A DNA stretch of 64,000 bases from an uncultured Victivallales bacterium (GTDB lineage Bacteria > Verrucomicrobiota > Kiritimatiellia > UBA8416). This document shows positions 49,095 through 60,200 of the stretch, in pieces. Numbering within the stretch: position 1 is the first letter of the stretch; every line of letters starts with the position of its first letter. The notes beneath the pieces are model-generated. The model saw only the letters and a program-made list of their open reading frames with translations, ran no database searches and was not told where the DNA came from. The DNA lies in assembly GCA_964609395.1 (NCBI GenBank), contig CAZSRU010000003.1, positions 19,635-83,634 of the forward strand, in the 5' to 3' direction. The position numbers were made by a program, and so were the translations under genes.

Positions 49095-50876
49095 CTAATC
49101 GCGTGCCAGACCGGCAAACGGCCGGTAGGGGACGCCCTTCCATTCGATGTTCTTGTGCATTGAGAATTCCAGCGTGTTCAGGCGCACCCCGTGTACCAGG
49201 ATCCCGAGTGCGCAGAGGATGATGTTGATCCCGTGCCCCAGCAGCAGGATCAGGGCGAACAGCGGCGCGGTCCAGATATTGTCAATTCCGATGTCCGCCG
49301 CCATGCCGTTGAAGCTCTGCGCCACGGCCAGCGAGGCGATGCCGACGGCGAACAGGCGGATGTAGGAGATGATGTCGACAAAGCAGTTGACGATACTGAG
49401 CGGGAACATCGCATGCTGGATCCAGTCGTTCTTGAAGTCCTTTGGCGAGGTCATGAACAATAGGATCAGGACCAGGCTGGAGATAAATAGCGGCAGGAAA
49501 AATCCTGGGTATGGGCGACCGAGTACCATGTTCTGCGCGGTCAGGTACATCGACCAGACCAGTCCGATCCAGCCGATCTGCGCCAGTGTCTTCACGGCGG
49601 GGGCCAGCGCGATGGCATTCCAGATATGGGCGATGGTCAGATGGACGGCACCGATCAGGAAGCAGAGCGTGATCAGGTTGTTCTGCGAGTCAGCCCCGGT
49701 CAGCCAGCCGATCTGAAGGCGCTGCAGCGGTGCGGGCAGGGCCTGTGGCGCGATCCCGAAATAATTGCCGGTCAGCGCGCCCCAGATGATCGTGCAGACG
49801 CTCAGGATGCCGAAGAGCACGAAGGGGTAGGCGGGGGCTTTCGGCTTCTTCGCGCGGGCGACTAGCGTGGCCAGCAGGAAGATCACGCCATAGCCGGCGT
49901 CGCCGATCAGGATCGCGAAGAAGATACTGAAGAAGATCAGGAACAGTCCGCTGATGTCCGATTCCCGGTAGCCGGGCAGGATCGCCAGCATCTGCATGAC
50001 CGCCTTGATCGGGGTGACCCACTTCGGCATCTTCAGCAGCGTCGGCACGGCATCGTCGGCGTCCGGCTCGTCGATCTTGAGTGCCCAACCGTGATCGGTG
50101 GCGGCACGGCGGATCGCCGGGACGGTGTCGGCGGGGGCGAATCCGCCCAGATAGGCGATACGTCCTTGCCGGCCCATCCCGTCATGCACGGCGGCAAACG
50201 ACTCCACCTCGCGTCGCCGGTGCAGTTCATCCTCGACCAGGTGTTTGCAGGGGGTCAGGGCATGCAGCTCCTGCTTGATGGCCTCGATCTCGCGTTCATG
50301 CCTGCCGATGTCCGCATCCAGCTCGGAAAGCGATTTCACGGGCAGGTGGAACGGGACCGCCTCCAGCGCGAAATCGCCGTGGCCGATGGCGGCCAGGTGG
50401 GTTCCCTTCTTGTCGGTCGAGAGCACGTGCACCTGGACGCCGTCCGGTACGGCAAGCGTTGCCAGGTCGCGAGTGTGATAGAGTTTGACGACGATCCCCT
50501 TCGCGGCCAGTTCGCGGATGCTGGCGGGTGTGAAATCGCCAAACGGCGCCTGTGAATGGCGCGTATGGCGCAGGACATCGAGTTGCTCCGCGAGGTGGGT
50601 GCGTTGCCGGTGCAGGCCCGCCACTTCCTTAATCAGGCCGTCCGCGTCCAGTGCGGTCCTGCAGCAGGGGTGGTGGAACGGCGTTTCAAAGGCATGCAGC
50701 GTCTCGAGTGCCAGCCGGGCGGTTTCCACGGCACCGACGGCCGCTGGTAGGGTCTCGCCGGTCCCCTCCTTTTTCGGGACGACATGCAGGACGCCCAGCT
50801 CGCGCAACTGGTGCAGCGCCTGATGCTTATCTGCCTCCAGGCAGACGATTGAAACCTTTTTCATCGGGGTAATCAT
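49095..50876 (-). CDS. ntpI: V-type ATP synthase subunit I
   Basis: MITPMKKVSI, LGVLHV, VPTLLK, FFAILIGDAGYG, DIISYIRLFAVG, HGVRLNTLEFS. Confidence 0.95.
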   Translation of the reverse strand: MITPMKKVSIVCLEADKHQALHQLRELGVLHVVPKKEGTGETLPAAVGAVETARLALETLHAFETPFHHPCCRTALDADGLIKEVAGLHRQRTHLAEQLDVLRHTRHSQAPFGDFTPASIRELAAKGIVVKLYHTRDLATLAVPDGVQVHVLSTDKKGTHLAAIGHGDFALEAVPFHLPVKSLSELDADIGRHEREIEAIKQELHALTPCKHLVEDELHRRREVESFAAVHDGMGRQGRIAYLGGFAPADTVPAIRRAATDHGWALKIDEPDADDAVPTLLKMPKWVTPIKAVMQMLAILPGYRESDISGLFLIFFSIFFAILIGDAGYGVIFLLATLVARAKKPKAPAYPFVLFGILSVCTIIWGALTGNYFGIAPQALPAPLQRLQIGWLTGADSQNNLITLCFLIGAVHLTIAHIWNAIALAPAVKTLAQIGWIGLVWSMYLTAQNMVLGRPYPGFFLPLFISSLVLILLFMTSPKDFKNDWIQHAMFPLSIVNCFVDIISYIRLFAVGIASLAVAQSFNGMAADIGIDNIWTAPLFALILLLGHGINIILCALGILVHGVRLNTLEFSMHKNIEWKGVPYRPFAGLARD

Positions 50877-51496
50877 GGCCGTGCCTCCGCTGGGGGTTCG
50901 ATGGCGGTTGCAATTGTACGCCTCTTCGCGAGTTTGCCGCGGGCGACGGCGGCGGTCTGTTCATCACCCAGATAGATCTTGATAGTGCGGATATTCTCGC
51001 GGCATTCGGGGATCTTGACCTTTTCAAACAGGTTGACCCGCTGCGCGGTCGTGCGCAATTCCTCGCTGATCAGGCGGCGCTGCTCGTGCAGGATGGTGGT
51101 CTCGGCCCGCAGGCGGATCAGCGCGTCCATCACCTCCTGGGCATCGTCGAGCCAAGGGGGGGTCGTGAACAGGTCGGGTTCGACGCGGTTTAGGGAGATC
51201 GACTGGAGTACCGGGATCGCCACACCGGCGATATTACCCGTGTCGGTCTCGATCTGCCTGAGCGTGACCATCAGTTCCTCCGGCACGGGTTCCGAGAGCA
51301 GCGCCACCCACTGCCTGAGCCCCTGCATGGCGGTATCGAAGGCGACCTGTTTCTCGTCGATGCGGAAGTCGATGATCTGGATCTCGCCCTGGAGCTGCTG
51401 CTTCTTGAGCTGCAGCATCGGCAGGAAGCGCCGGAAGCGGCGCAACGCCTCGTTCTGCGCCTTGAGTTCATTCTTGGTATGTTTGATCTTCGCCAT
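50873..51496 (-). CDS. ntpD: V-type ATP synthase subunit D
   Basis: KIKHTKNELK, LPMLQLKK, NIAGVAIP, ELRTTAQRVNLFEKVKIP. Confidence 0.95.
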   Translation of the reverse strand: MAKIKHTKNELKAQNEALRRFRRFLPMLQLKKQQLQGEIQIIDFRIDEKQVAFDTAMQGLRQWVALLSEPVPEELMVTLRQIETDTGNIAGVAIPVLQSISLNRVEPDLFTTPPWLDDAQEVMDALIRLRAETTILHEQRRLISEELRTTAQRVNLFEKVKIPECRENIRTIKIYLGDEQTAAVARGKLAKRRTIATAIEPPAEARP

Positions 51497-51520
51497 GGGC
51501 AGATGCTCGAATCCGGTTTA

Positions 51521-52855
51521 TCAGGCTTTTGCCGTTTTGCTGTCGGTGGTGATGGCGTCCGGCTTCTTCGGCCAGAACGCATCCAGGATCTTGGAACTGA
51601 TGCCGGTTTCCATCGGCTCGAAGCAATCGGACAGGATCTCCCAGCCGCGGTCAAGGGCATGCTCGAGGGGGATGTTGACGGAAAGATCCATCATTTCCTT
51701 CTCGAACCGCTCCCCGTATTTCAGGAGCTTCTTGTCCCAGTTGCTCATCCGGAAGCCCATGGTCTGCTTCTCGAGGGTTTCGCGATAGCCTGCGAAAAGC
51801 TGGATCATGGTGTCCATGATCGTGCGGTGGTCCGCGCGGGTCTTGCCATTGACCTGCTGCTTGAGACGGCTGAGGGAGCCGAAGGGCTCGATACGACCGC
51901 CGCGCAGGTAGAACTGGCCCTCGGTGATGTAGCCGGTGTTGTCGGGTACCGGGTGGGTCACGTCGTCGCCGGGCATGGTGGTCGCCGCCAGGATCGTGAT
52001 CGAGCCGGCACCGTCGAAGTCGACCGCCTTCTCATAGCGCGAGGCGAGCTGGCTGTAGAGGTCGCCGGGATAACCGCGGTTGGAGGGGATCTGCTCCATG
52101 GTGATGGCGATTTCCTTCATCGCGTCGGCGAAGTTGGTCATGTCCGTCAGCAGCACCAGCACGCGCTTGCCCTCGAGGGCGAACTGTTCCGCCACGGCCA
52201 GGCTGACATCCGGCACGAGCAGGCATTCGACCGTCGGGTCGGCGGCGGTATGCACGAACATCACACTGCGCGAAAGGGCACCGCTCTCCTCAAGCGTATC
52301 GCGGAAATAGAGGTAGTCGTCGTGCTTCAGGCCCATGCTGCCGAGGATGATCACATCGACCTCGGCCTGGAGGGCGATGCGCGCCAGCAGCGCGTTGTAG
52401 GGCTCGCCAGCGCGGGCGAAGATCGGCAGTTTCTGCGATTCGACCAGCGTGTTGAACACGTCGATCATCGGGATACCGGTACGCACCATGTTTCTCGGGA
52501 TGATGCGCTTGGCCGGGTTGACCGAGGGGCCGCCGATATTGACATCGCCGCCGTGCAGGACTGGGCCCTTGTCGCGCGGGACCCCGGTGCCGGTGAAGAC
52601 GCGGCCGAGCAGGGAGTCGCTGAATGGGATCTGCATGGGATGGCCCAGGAAGCGCACCTTCGCATCGGTCGCCACGCCGCGCCCGCCGGCGAAGACCTGA
52701 AGTGAGACCTCGGTGTCGTGCAGGCGGATCACCTGCGCCAGCGAGGTGCCCATGCGGGACGTCACCTCCGCCAGTTCCTTATATTTGACCCCTTCGGCGT
52801 GAAGGGTGATCACATTGCCTGCGATCTTTTCCACGCGGTGATAAAGCTTATGCAT
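51521..52855 (-). CDS. ntpB: V-type ATP synthase subunit B
   Basis: [62 protein letters not shown]. Confidence 0.97.
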   Translation of the reverse strand: MHKLYHRVEKIAGNVITLHAEGVKYKELAEVTSRMGTSLAQVIRLHDTEVSLQVFAGGRGVATDAKVRFLGHPMQIPFSDSLLGRVFTGTGVPRDKGPVLHGGDVNIGGPSVNPAKRIIPRNMVRTGIPMIDVFNTLVESQKLPIFARAGEPYNALLARIALQAEVDVIILGSMGLKHDDYLYFRDTLEESGALSRSVMFVHTAADPTVECLLVPDVSLAVAEQFALEGKRVLVLLTDMTNFADAMKEIAITMEQIPSNRGYPGDLYSQLASRYEKAVDFDGAGSITILAATTMPGDDVTHPVPDNTGYITEGQFYLRGGRIEPFGSLSRLKQQVNGKTRADHRTIMDTMIQLFAGYRETLEKQTMGFRMSNWDKKLLKYGERFEKEMMDLSVNIPLEHALDRGWEILSDCFEPMETGISSKILDAFWPKKPDAITTDSKTAKA

Positions 52856-54584
52856 CGTTCGTGACCTCCGCTACCATCGCCCGAAGTTGTTCTTCCAGCG
52901 CCTTGAATTTCCCGTCCTGCATCGAAACGCCGTTCCAGTCCTTGTGGAGCTGCGTGAGTTTATGAAAGAAATGCCGGGCCTCGTCCTTCTCCTTGAACCG
53001 CATGTCGGCCCGCAGGAACCCGGTCATGACGCCGAACACGTATTTCTGGCGGTCGCCGGGCGTGGCGGCATCCACCTCGTTGAAGGCATTCTGCTGCAGG
53101 TAGGCGGCATCAAGGTATTCCGACTCCAGGTAAAGGATGAAGTCCTCCATGGCGGTGCCTTCCTCGCCGACGACCTTCATCATCTGCCCGGTCTCGGTAC
53201 CGCGCTTGAGCGTGGCCCGGGCAAACTCGACGTCGACGGCATCCACGACGCTCGGGTATTTCGACCAGCTATCGAGCGGATCGATCGCCGGGTAGCGGCG
53301 CGCGTCGGAGCGGGCACGGGAGAGCCCGTGGAAAGCCCCGACGACCTTGAGTGTCGCCTGGGTGACGGGTTCGTCGAAGTTGCCGCCGGCGGGGCTGACC
53401 GTGCCGCCGATCGTGACCGAGCCGATCGAGCCGTCCTTTAGGCGGACGATGCCGCCCCGTTCGTAGAAGGCCGCGATCACGGATTCGAGGTAGGCGGGGA
53501 AGGCCTCCTCGCCGGGGATCTCCTCCAGGCGGCCCGAGGTCTCGCGCAGGGCCTGCGCCCAGCGGGAGGTCGAATCCGCCATCAGCAGCACGTTCAGCCC
53601 CATCTGGCGATAGTAGTCGGCCACGGTGATCCCGGTATAGACCGAGGCCTCGCGGGCGGCCACCGGCATGGAACTGGTGTTGCAGATGATCACGGTCCGT
53701 TCCATCAGGCTCTTGCCGGTGCGCGGGTCGGTCAGCTCCGGGAATTCACGCAGCGTCTCCACCACCTCGCCGGCACGCTCGCCGCAGGCGGCGATGATCA
53801 CGATGTCGACATCCGCGTTGCGGGAGGTAAGCTGCTGGAGCACCGTCTTGCCAGCACCGAAGGGGCCGGGGATGCAGTAGGTGCCGCCACGGGCCACGGG
53901 GAAGAACGTGTCCACCGCGCGGATGGTGGTGACCAGCGGTTCCGCAGGGCGGAGGCGCTCGGCATAGGCGCGGATGGGCATCTTTACGGGCCAGCGCTGC
54001 ATCAGCCTGACTTCGCGGACATCGCCGCGCTCGTTCCTGAGCGTGGCGATGGTGTCCTCGACCGTGTAGTCGCCGGCGTTGGCCACCGAGGCGACTGTGT
54101 AGGTGCCGTCGAACAAGAACGGGACCATGATCCGGTGTTCAAAGATGCCTTCGGGCACGGTGCCGATCGTCTCGCCGGCGGTGAGGGTGTCGCCCACGGC
54201 GACCTTCGGGGTGAAAACCCATTTGCGGTCGCGGGGCAGGGCGTCGAGGTAGATTCCGCGCTGCAGGAAGAAGCCGCATTGTTCCGCCAGACGCGGCAGC
54301 GGGTTCTGCAGCCCGTCAAAGACCTGTGTCAGCAGGCCTGGTCCCAGTTCGGCGGAGAGCATCTCGCCCGTGAACTCGACGATGTCGCCGACGCCGAGGT
54401 CGGTCGTGTCCTCGAAGACCTGCATGTCGGCCAGCCGGCCGCGTACCCGCACCACCTCGCACATCAGGCGCAGGTCGCCGAGGCAGGCGTAGCCGACCTC
54501 GTTCTGGCTGATGGCGCCCTCGAACGCGACGGTCAGCATATTCCCGTTCACGCCGACAATCTTGCCGCTTGTCTGATTCGTCAT
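52848..54584 (-). CDS. ntpA: V-type ATP synthase subunit A
   Basis: [62 protein letters not shown]. Confidence 0.97.
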   Translation of the reverse strand: MTNQTSGKIVGVNGNMLTVAFEGAISQNEVGYACLGDLRLMCEVVRVRGRLADMQVFEDTTDLGVGDIVEFTGEMLSAELGPGLLTQVFDGLQNPLPRLAEQCGFFLQRGIYLDALPRDRKWVFTPKVAVGDTLTAGETIGTVPEGIFEHRIMVPFLFDGTYTVASVANAGDYTVEDTIATLRNERGDVREVRLMQRWPVKMPIRAYAERLRPAEPLVTTIRAVDTFFPVARGGTYCIPGPFGAGKTVLQQLTSRNADVDIVIIAACGERAGEVVETLREFPELTDPRTGKSLMERTVIICNTSSMPVAAREASVYTGITVADYYRQMGLNVLLMADSTSRWAQALRETSGRLEEIPGEEAFPAYLESVIAAFYERGGIVRLKDGSIGSVTIGGTVSPAGGNFDEPVTQATLKVVGAFHGLSRARSDARRYPAIDPLDSWSKYPSVVDAVDVEFARATLKRGTETGQMMKVVGEEGTAMEDFILYLESEYLDAAYLQQNAFNEVDAATPGDRQKYVFGVMTGFLRADMRFKEKDEARHFFHKLTQLHKDWNGVSMQDGKFKALEEQLRAMVAEVTNDA

Positions 54585-55189
54585 AACTTAGCCTTCATAC
54601 TGACTGCCGCCGGCGGCGGCTGTTGTTTTGCATCAGGGGTGCCGCGACCGTGTGCATCGACGCCGGTCGTGTTCAAAGCGTTGTCGATCCGTTTCAGTGC
54701 CGCTTCCGTGTCCAGTGCCGCCCAGCGCTGCGCGATGCGCAGCTTGACGGCATAGGCCAGCACGACGGTGACGGCGAGCGGATCCAAGCCAGCGAGTTCA
54801 TCCAGGTGGGTCCAGCGCAGGCGGTCGAGCGCCTGTTCTCGGTCAAGAGGGCTCGTCAAATCGAAGGCGCTTTCCACGTCATCCTTGATGTAGGTATCGA
54901 AGCCCTTGTGGGGCCGGATGCTGTCCGCGGCATCGGTCCTGCGTCTTGCCGCCCGTGCGCTGGCCACGGCGTTGCGGAGCTGGATCTCGCGGTCCAGCCA
55001 GAGGGCGGTAAACGGGTGGGCGGGCGCCTCGCCGCCCAAGTCCAGATCTCGGCAGAGCAAGGCGGCAGCCCGTGCATCGGCCGCGCCGAGATATTCCTCG
55101 CAGAGCGCCTGGAATGTTTCCGGCGTGATCGACGGATTCTGCAGGAACGTCAGTGCAGGCAGGCTGGCGATGAGATAGACGCAGTTCAT
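54581..55189 (-). CDS. V-type ATPase subunit C-like protein (DUF2764-like)
   Basis: YLIASLPAL, EIQLRNAVA..RA, EQALDRLRW..LDEL. Position between E and A, as in Chlamydia/Bacteroidetes-type operons. Confidence 0.8.
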   Translation of the reverse strand: MNCVYLIASLPALTFLQNPSITPETFQALCEEYLGAADARAAALLCRDLDLGGEAPAHPFTALWLDREIQLRNAVASARAARRRTDAADSIRPHKGFDTYIKDDVESAFDLTSPLDREQALDRLRWTHLDELAGLDPLAVTVVLAYAVKLRIAQRWAALDTEAALKRIDNALNTTGVDAHGRGTPDAKQQPPPAAVSMKAKL

Positions 55190-55821
55190 TTCGTGGCGGT
55201 TTTCCCCATGTGCTGCAAGGCACCGCTGACGATCCTGGCGAGTTGCGGCCGGAGCAGTTGTCCGATGGCGCCGGTCAGGGCCTCGCCAGTGAAGTCATGT
55301 TGCACACCGCTGTCCTTGAGCGTCACCGTGAAGCCGGAAATAACGCTGCGGCTGCCGCGGATGGTCAGCCCGCCCTTCATTTCCGTAGCGAAGGCCTTCA
55401 TGAAATAGGCGGTGACCGCCTCCTGCTGCGCCTCGCTGAGCAGGACCTCGATGGCCGTGGCCCCTTGCGCATCCGAGTAGGCCCGGATCGCCTCCTGGAT
55501 GAAACCGGGCAGGGCATCGGCATTCATGGCTGCATCCACCTGGCGGGTGACGATCCCCTGCAGGGTCTCGGTGACGGCCTCGCCGACCGAGAGGATCACA
55601 TCCCGCGCGGCCTGGCTGATCGCGTTCTCGCTGCGCTGCTGGAAAAGCCCGCTGTCGGCCTCCGCCTTCGCAAGAAGCGTCTTGGCCTGGTTCTCGGCCT
55701 CGGCCACGATGGCTTTCGCCCTGGCCTTCGCGTCCGCTGTGATCTGTGCCGCTTCCGTCTCGGCCCGGTCGATGCCGTCCTTCTGTATACGGTCCAGTAA
55801 TCCCTGAAGTTCCTCTGCCAT
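55186..55821 (-). CDS. ntpE: V-type ATP synthase subunit E
   Basis: MAEELQGLLDRIQKDGIDRAE, Ala/Glu-rich coiled coil, ISGFTV. Start at 55821 or 55827. Confidence 0.88.
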   Translation of the reverse strand: MAEELQGLLDRIQKDGIDRAETEAAQITADAKARAKAIVAEAENQAKTLLAKAEADSGLFQQRSENAISQAARDVILSVGEAVTETLQGIVTRQVDAAMNADALPGFIQEAIRAYSDAQGATAIEVLLSEAQQEAVTAYFMKAFATEMKGGLTIRGSRSVISGFTVTLKDSGVQHDFTGEALTGAIGQLLRPQLARIVSGALQHMGKTATK

Positions 55822-55834
55822 AATCATTTCCTTT

Positions 55835-56857
55835 CTAAAATACCTCGTCCGGCAGCGGCCCTAGTTCTACCGTGCCCGCTCCCTTGGATTTGGCGACCAC
55901 CAGGTTCTTGCCGAGTGCCCCCAGGATGTCCTGCAGCGTCCGCTTCTGATCCGCGGTGGTCACCAGTGCCAGGGAACCGATGGTCACGTTGATGCCGCCA
56001 TCCCCCTGGCCGACCGCCTGCTCGCTGACCGCGTTAACCAGTTGGCCCAGCTTCCCGCGGATCTCGCTCTCGGTCATGCCTGAAAGGTAGATCACGAACT
56101 CGTCGGCCCCGAAGCGGGCGATCACATCCATCTCGCGTACACAACCCTTGACGATGGTGGCCACCTCCGCGAGCAGGGCGTGGGCCTGGTCGATACCGTG
56201 GGTCTCGATATAGCTGCGGAAGGCCTCGACGGCGATCAGCGCCAGCCCGACCCCGTAGCCATGAGCCCGTGCACGTTGCAGTTCGACGCCGAGAGCCGGG
56301 ATGAATGCCTTGTACTGGAGAACGTGGGTGGCATCGTCGAGCTGCGAGAGTTTCTTGCTGGCCTGGATCAGGTCGAAACGCTCGATCATCGAGCCGATCA
56401 GCATCCCGATCACCTGTAGGTGCAGCAGATCCGATTCGTCGAAGACCGCATGGTCCGCGCGGTCGCAGAAAATGTAGCCGACGCCGCGCTGGTTGCGTAC
56501 CACCGGGGCGATCACGGCCGAGGTGAAATCGTGCTCCAGCTTCAGGCTCTGGTAGACTACGGAATCGCGGTCCACATCATTCAGCAGCAGGGGGCGCTGC
56601 TCGAGCACCACCTGTTCCGCCGTCGGGCTGGGTGCCGCCTTGTGGTACTGTTTGACGTAGGTGTAGCTGATCTGGCGCGAGATCTTGATGCGCAGCTCGC
56701 CGGTGTCCTCGTCGATCAGGATCACGGCGACGCTCTGCGAGGGAAAATAGGATTTCATGCTGTCCATGATGACGTGCAGCCCCTCTTCCAGGGACAATGC
56801 GCCATCCGCCTTGCGCATGACATGCACAAGCCATCCGCCAAGCGATGTTCTGGTCAT
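55835..56857 (-). CDS. GAF domain + degenerate GGDEF domain protein (RxxD I-site retained)
   Basis: GAF features (VILIDEDTGEL, SAVIAPVV..VGYIFCD, FDESDL..L); then VREMDVIARFGADEF. No TM segment seen. Confidence 0.88.
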   Translation of the reverse strand: MTRTSLGGWLVHVMRKADGALSLEEGLHVIMDSMKSYFPSQSVAVILIDEDTGELRIKISRQISYTYVKQYHKAAPSPTAEQVVLEQRPLLLNDVDRDSVVYQSLKLEHDFTSAVIAPVVRNQRGVGYIFCDRADHAVFDESDLLHLQVIGMLIGSMIERFDLIQASKKLSQLDDATHVLQYKAFIPALGVELQRARAHGYGVGLALIAVEAFRSYIETHGIDQAHALLAEVATIVKGCVREMDVIARFGADEFVIYLSGMTESEIRGKLGQLVNAVSEQAVGQGDGGINVTIGSLALVTTADQKRTLQDILGALGKNLVVAKSKGAGTVELGPLPDEVF

Positions 56858-56893
56858 GAATTAATCCTTTCTCGCGTCGTTTTCCTCCATAGG

Positions 56894-56970
56894 TGGTGGG
56901 CGATACAGGACTCGAACCTGTGACCCCTACCATGTCAAGGTAGTGCTCTAACCAACTGAGCTAATCGCCC
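56894..56970 (-). tRNA. tRNA-Val(GAC)
   Basis: Reverse complement GGGCGATTAGCTCAGTTGGTTAGAGCACTACCTTGACATGGTAGGGGTCACAGGTTCGAGTCCTGTATCGCCCACCA. Anticodon stem CTACC/GGTAG, loop TTGACAT, T-arm GGTTCGA, encoded CCA. Confidence 0.98.
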
Positions 56971-57027
56971 GCGGAAGGTTGAACGCCTGTTCCGTAAAGG
57001 AAATGACGTTCTTCAGCGTTGGGCGGG

Positions 57028-57056
57028 ACTATAGCGTTGACGGGGGGCTGTGTCAA
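57028..57056 (-). promoter_or_regulatory. Near-consensus sigma70 promoter for tRNA-Val (TTGACA-N17-TATAGT)
   Basis: Plus-strand tgtcaa at 57051-57056 and actata at 57028-57033, with a 17-nt spacer. Confidence 0.8.
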
Positions 57057-57276
57057 CCCGTTTGCTTTTAATTGCAAAAATAACCGCCGTAACCGCCGTG
57101 CGGTGAAGCAGAAGGCTTGTAGCGCCTGCTGTACGGTTCTATCCATCAAAACGTATTGCGGGGGGCACGACCCCGCTGCGGTGCTGGCACCGAATCGTGC
57201 CATGATGAGAATTCCAGAATTGCGAATTCGGGCTTTCCGCGGTCGGGGCGGGTGTGGTAGAATGCCGGGCGTGAAG

Positions 57277-60200
57277 ATGCGTCGTATAGTGATTCCGGCA
57301 GTGTTACTGGCGGCGGTGATCGGGTGGCGGATCGGATGGCGGCCTTTATGGCAGGCTCGATCAGCGCCAATCCCATCGCCTGCCGCCGGTGTGGAGCAGT
57401 CGGCTGCGGCGGTCCCGGTGGCTCCCCCCGGAGCCGCCTTGCCGCTGGTCCTGCCGCTCAAGGGCGGGCCGTCTCGCGCGCTGTCGGGAGGCGTGCCCTC
57501 GGCAGCCGCCAGTCCGGCCACCGCGCCAGTGGCGGCTGGTGAGACGTATGTACGCGAATACCTGGCGGACGCGACCGGCAAGTTCGGTGTCCTGCGCGTG
57601 GAGGAGCGCTGGCGGCGGACGGCGGATCCGGCGGCGGGCGACCAGTTTCTGGGGCGGACCACGATGGCGGGCGATCATGTGATGGTACAGCTCCGCGAGG
57701 GGCGCACGCAGGCGGATCTTGAAAAAACGCTGCGTCGCCACGGGTTGCGGCTGCGGTCGGTACTGGCGGCTCCGCGCGGGTTCCTGGTGGCGGTCGAGGA
57801 GGCCGATGCCGGGACCGTGCCGTACCTGGTCCGGCTGCTCTCGGACGATCCTTCCGTGGGCATTGCCGAGCCGGATTACGTCTACACCATCAGCGAGACG
57901 CGTCCGGATGATCCCCGGTACGGTTCGCTATGGGGCATGGAAAAGATCGGCATGCCGCGTGTCTGGGATTCCCTCACCGGGACCGGCGGCGTGGTCGTGG
58001 CCGTGTTCGACACCGGCATGGATCTCATGCACCCCGATCTGGCGGCAAACCTCTGGATCAATCCGGGCGAGATCGACGGCAACGGCTTCGATGATGATGG
58101 CAATGTCTATACCGATGACGTCAGCGGCTGGGACTTCTACGATGACGACAACGACCCGAGTGATGCGCAACAGCACGGCACGCATGTCGCGGGCACGGTC
58201 GGTGCGGTCGGCAACAATGGCATTGGTGTGACCGGGGTAGGGTGGAACATCCGTCTGCTGCCGATCAAGTTCTTCGGTTTGAACAGCGCGGGACAGCTTG
58301 AAGGATATGCCTCCGATGCCACGTCGGGCATGTATTACGTGATTGATCTGGCTCGGCGCGGTGTACCGGTGCGCGTGACCAGCCACAGTTGGGGCGGGAC
58401 GAGTGAATCGCTGATGCTCAAGGATGCCTTCCGGATCGCGGGCTTGTACGGCGTCCTGCATGTGGCGGCGGCAGGCAACGGCTACGGGGTCGAGCGGGAC
58501 AACGACCTCTACCCGCATTACCCCGCCAGCTTTGACCTGAACAACGTCGTGGCGGTAGCCAATACCACGGCCAGCGACGGGCTCAGCAGCGGTTCCTACT
58601 ACGGGGCGGCATCCGTGGATCTCGGTGCGCCGGGCGAGAATATCCTGAGTGCGGTGCCGGGCGGGGGCTACGGGACCAAGACCGGTACCTCCATGGCCAC
58701 GCCGCATGTCGCCGGGGCACTGGCCTTGCTGTTCGACCTCTATCCCGGCATGTCCTGGCAGGAGGCGCGCGCACTGCTGTTTGCCGGCGTCGAACCGCTC
58801 GCCTCGCTCAGCGGGCGCTGCACGACCGGCGGACGGCTGGATGTGTACAAACTCTTCGCTCAGATCGACACGCGAATCCTGCACGAACCGTTGCAGAACA
58901 GCGAGACCGGGAACACCGCGTTCCGGGTCGAGGCCCTGCTGCGGCCGGGCGTCTCCTTCGTGGACACCAATCGGGTCCAGGTGCTCTGGAACATGAGCGG
59001 CAGCACCAACACCTTCACGACCAATCTCATGACCCATGCCGGCGGCAACCGGTTCGAGGCCTGGCTGCCGGGCAAGCCCCAGGGCACGGCGATTTACTAC
59101 ATGATCCGCGTGGAAACGCCCGAAGGCGCGGTCTCCACCCATCCGGCAGACGCCCCTGCCTCCCTACACCGGTTTGATATCACCTATCCGGTGCCGCTTT
59201 CCGTGTACGGCTATCCGGGCTACTACGGTGTGGTTTCGCCTGCCTACGGGGCTGGCACCGCCGCCTGGGGGTCGGTGGTCGAGGCCACGGCACCGGCCTT
59301 CACCGTGCCGTCCGGCGGATGGCGTTGGCGCTGCGACGGCTGGGACGGGGCAGGCTCCGTTCCGCTCTCGGGCAGCACGAACCGGGTGGTGTTCGAGATC
59401 CGCGAGCAATCGTACCTGCTGTGGTGGTGGCGCGAACAGGTCGCGCTGACGCAGGTATCGGATCCGCCCGGGATCGTCAACTCGGTGAGCTGGACCGACG
59501 CGGGTGTGGCGGCCGGTACGGGGAAGGCTCCCGAAACCGCGCTGGTCGGTGGCGTGCTGTTCGCCTTTACCGGCTGGGAAATCGATGGCGCCCGATTCCC
59601 GGATCAGTCCGCCCCGTCGCTGAATCCGGCTATCCCGCTGACCCGTCATGTCCCGCAGACGGCCGTGGCCCGTTACCTGCCGGCCAACCAGGATTCGGAT
59701 GGCGATGGCCTGCCCGATTGGTGGGAGCTTTTCTATTTCAATCACCTGTCGCATGACGGAAGCGCCGACCCCGACGGCGACGGGTTCACGAACTCGCGTG
59801 AATTCGCCGATCAATCGAATCCGACCGACGGCTCGTCCGTGCCGGTGGGACCTGTGATCCTGCACGAACCGCTGCCCGCAACGGTCGGTTCGCCGACGCC
59901 CTGGCGGATCGAGGCGTCGATCACGGATCGTGTCGAGGTCGAGATAGCCATCCTGCACTGGCAGCGCAACGGCGGGGCCTGGAACGAGCGGCGAATGGCG
60001 CTGGATGGCGGGCTCTACGTGGCGTCGATTCCCGCGCCCGACACGCCGGGCGATGCGTTCGCGTACCGGATTGAAGCCGTGGACAAAGCCGGGAACGCGA
60101 GCGTCTCCCCGACGTTCGCCTTCACGGTGCGTTACCCGCTGCTCTCGTATGCGCCCGGTTCGGCAACCCTCGCGACCGGCATGGGGGGCTCGGCGGTGCT

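Noticed and set aside
56894-56970. tRNA-Val as an integration site for a prophage or genomic island
   Set aside because: No integrase, and no duplicated tRNA 3' end was seen in the window. The flanking genes look chromosomal.
57019-57276. ORF-track N-terminal extensions of the S8 protease (likewise 63510-63707 for mazE, 63570-63653 for ligA, 10224-10256 for parA, 15340-15495 for the epimerase)
   Set aside because: They run through promoter or intergenic DNA or overlap neighbouring genes. Family homology or a signal peptide begins at the downstream starts used above.
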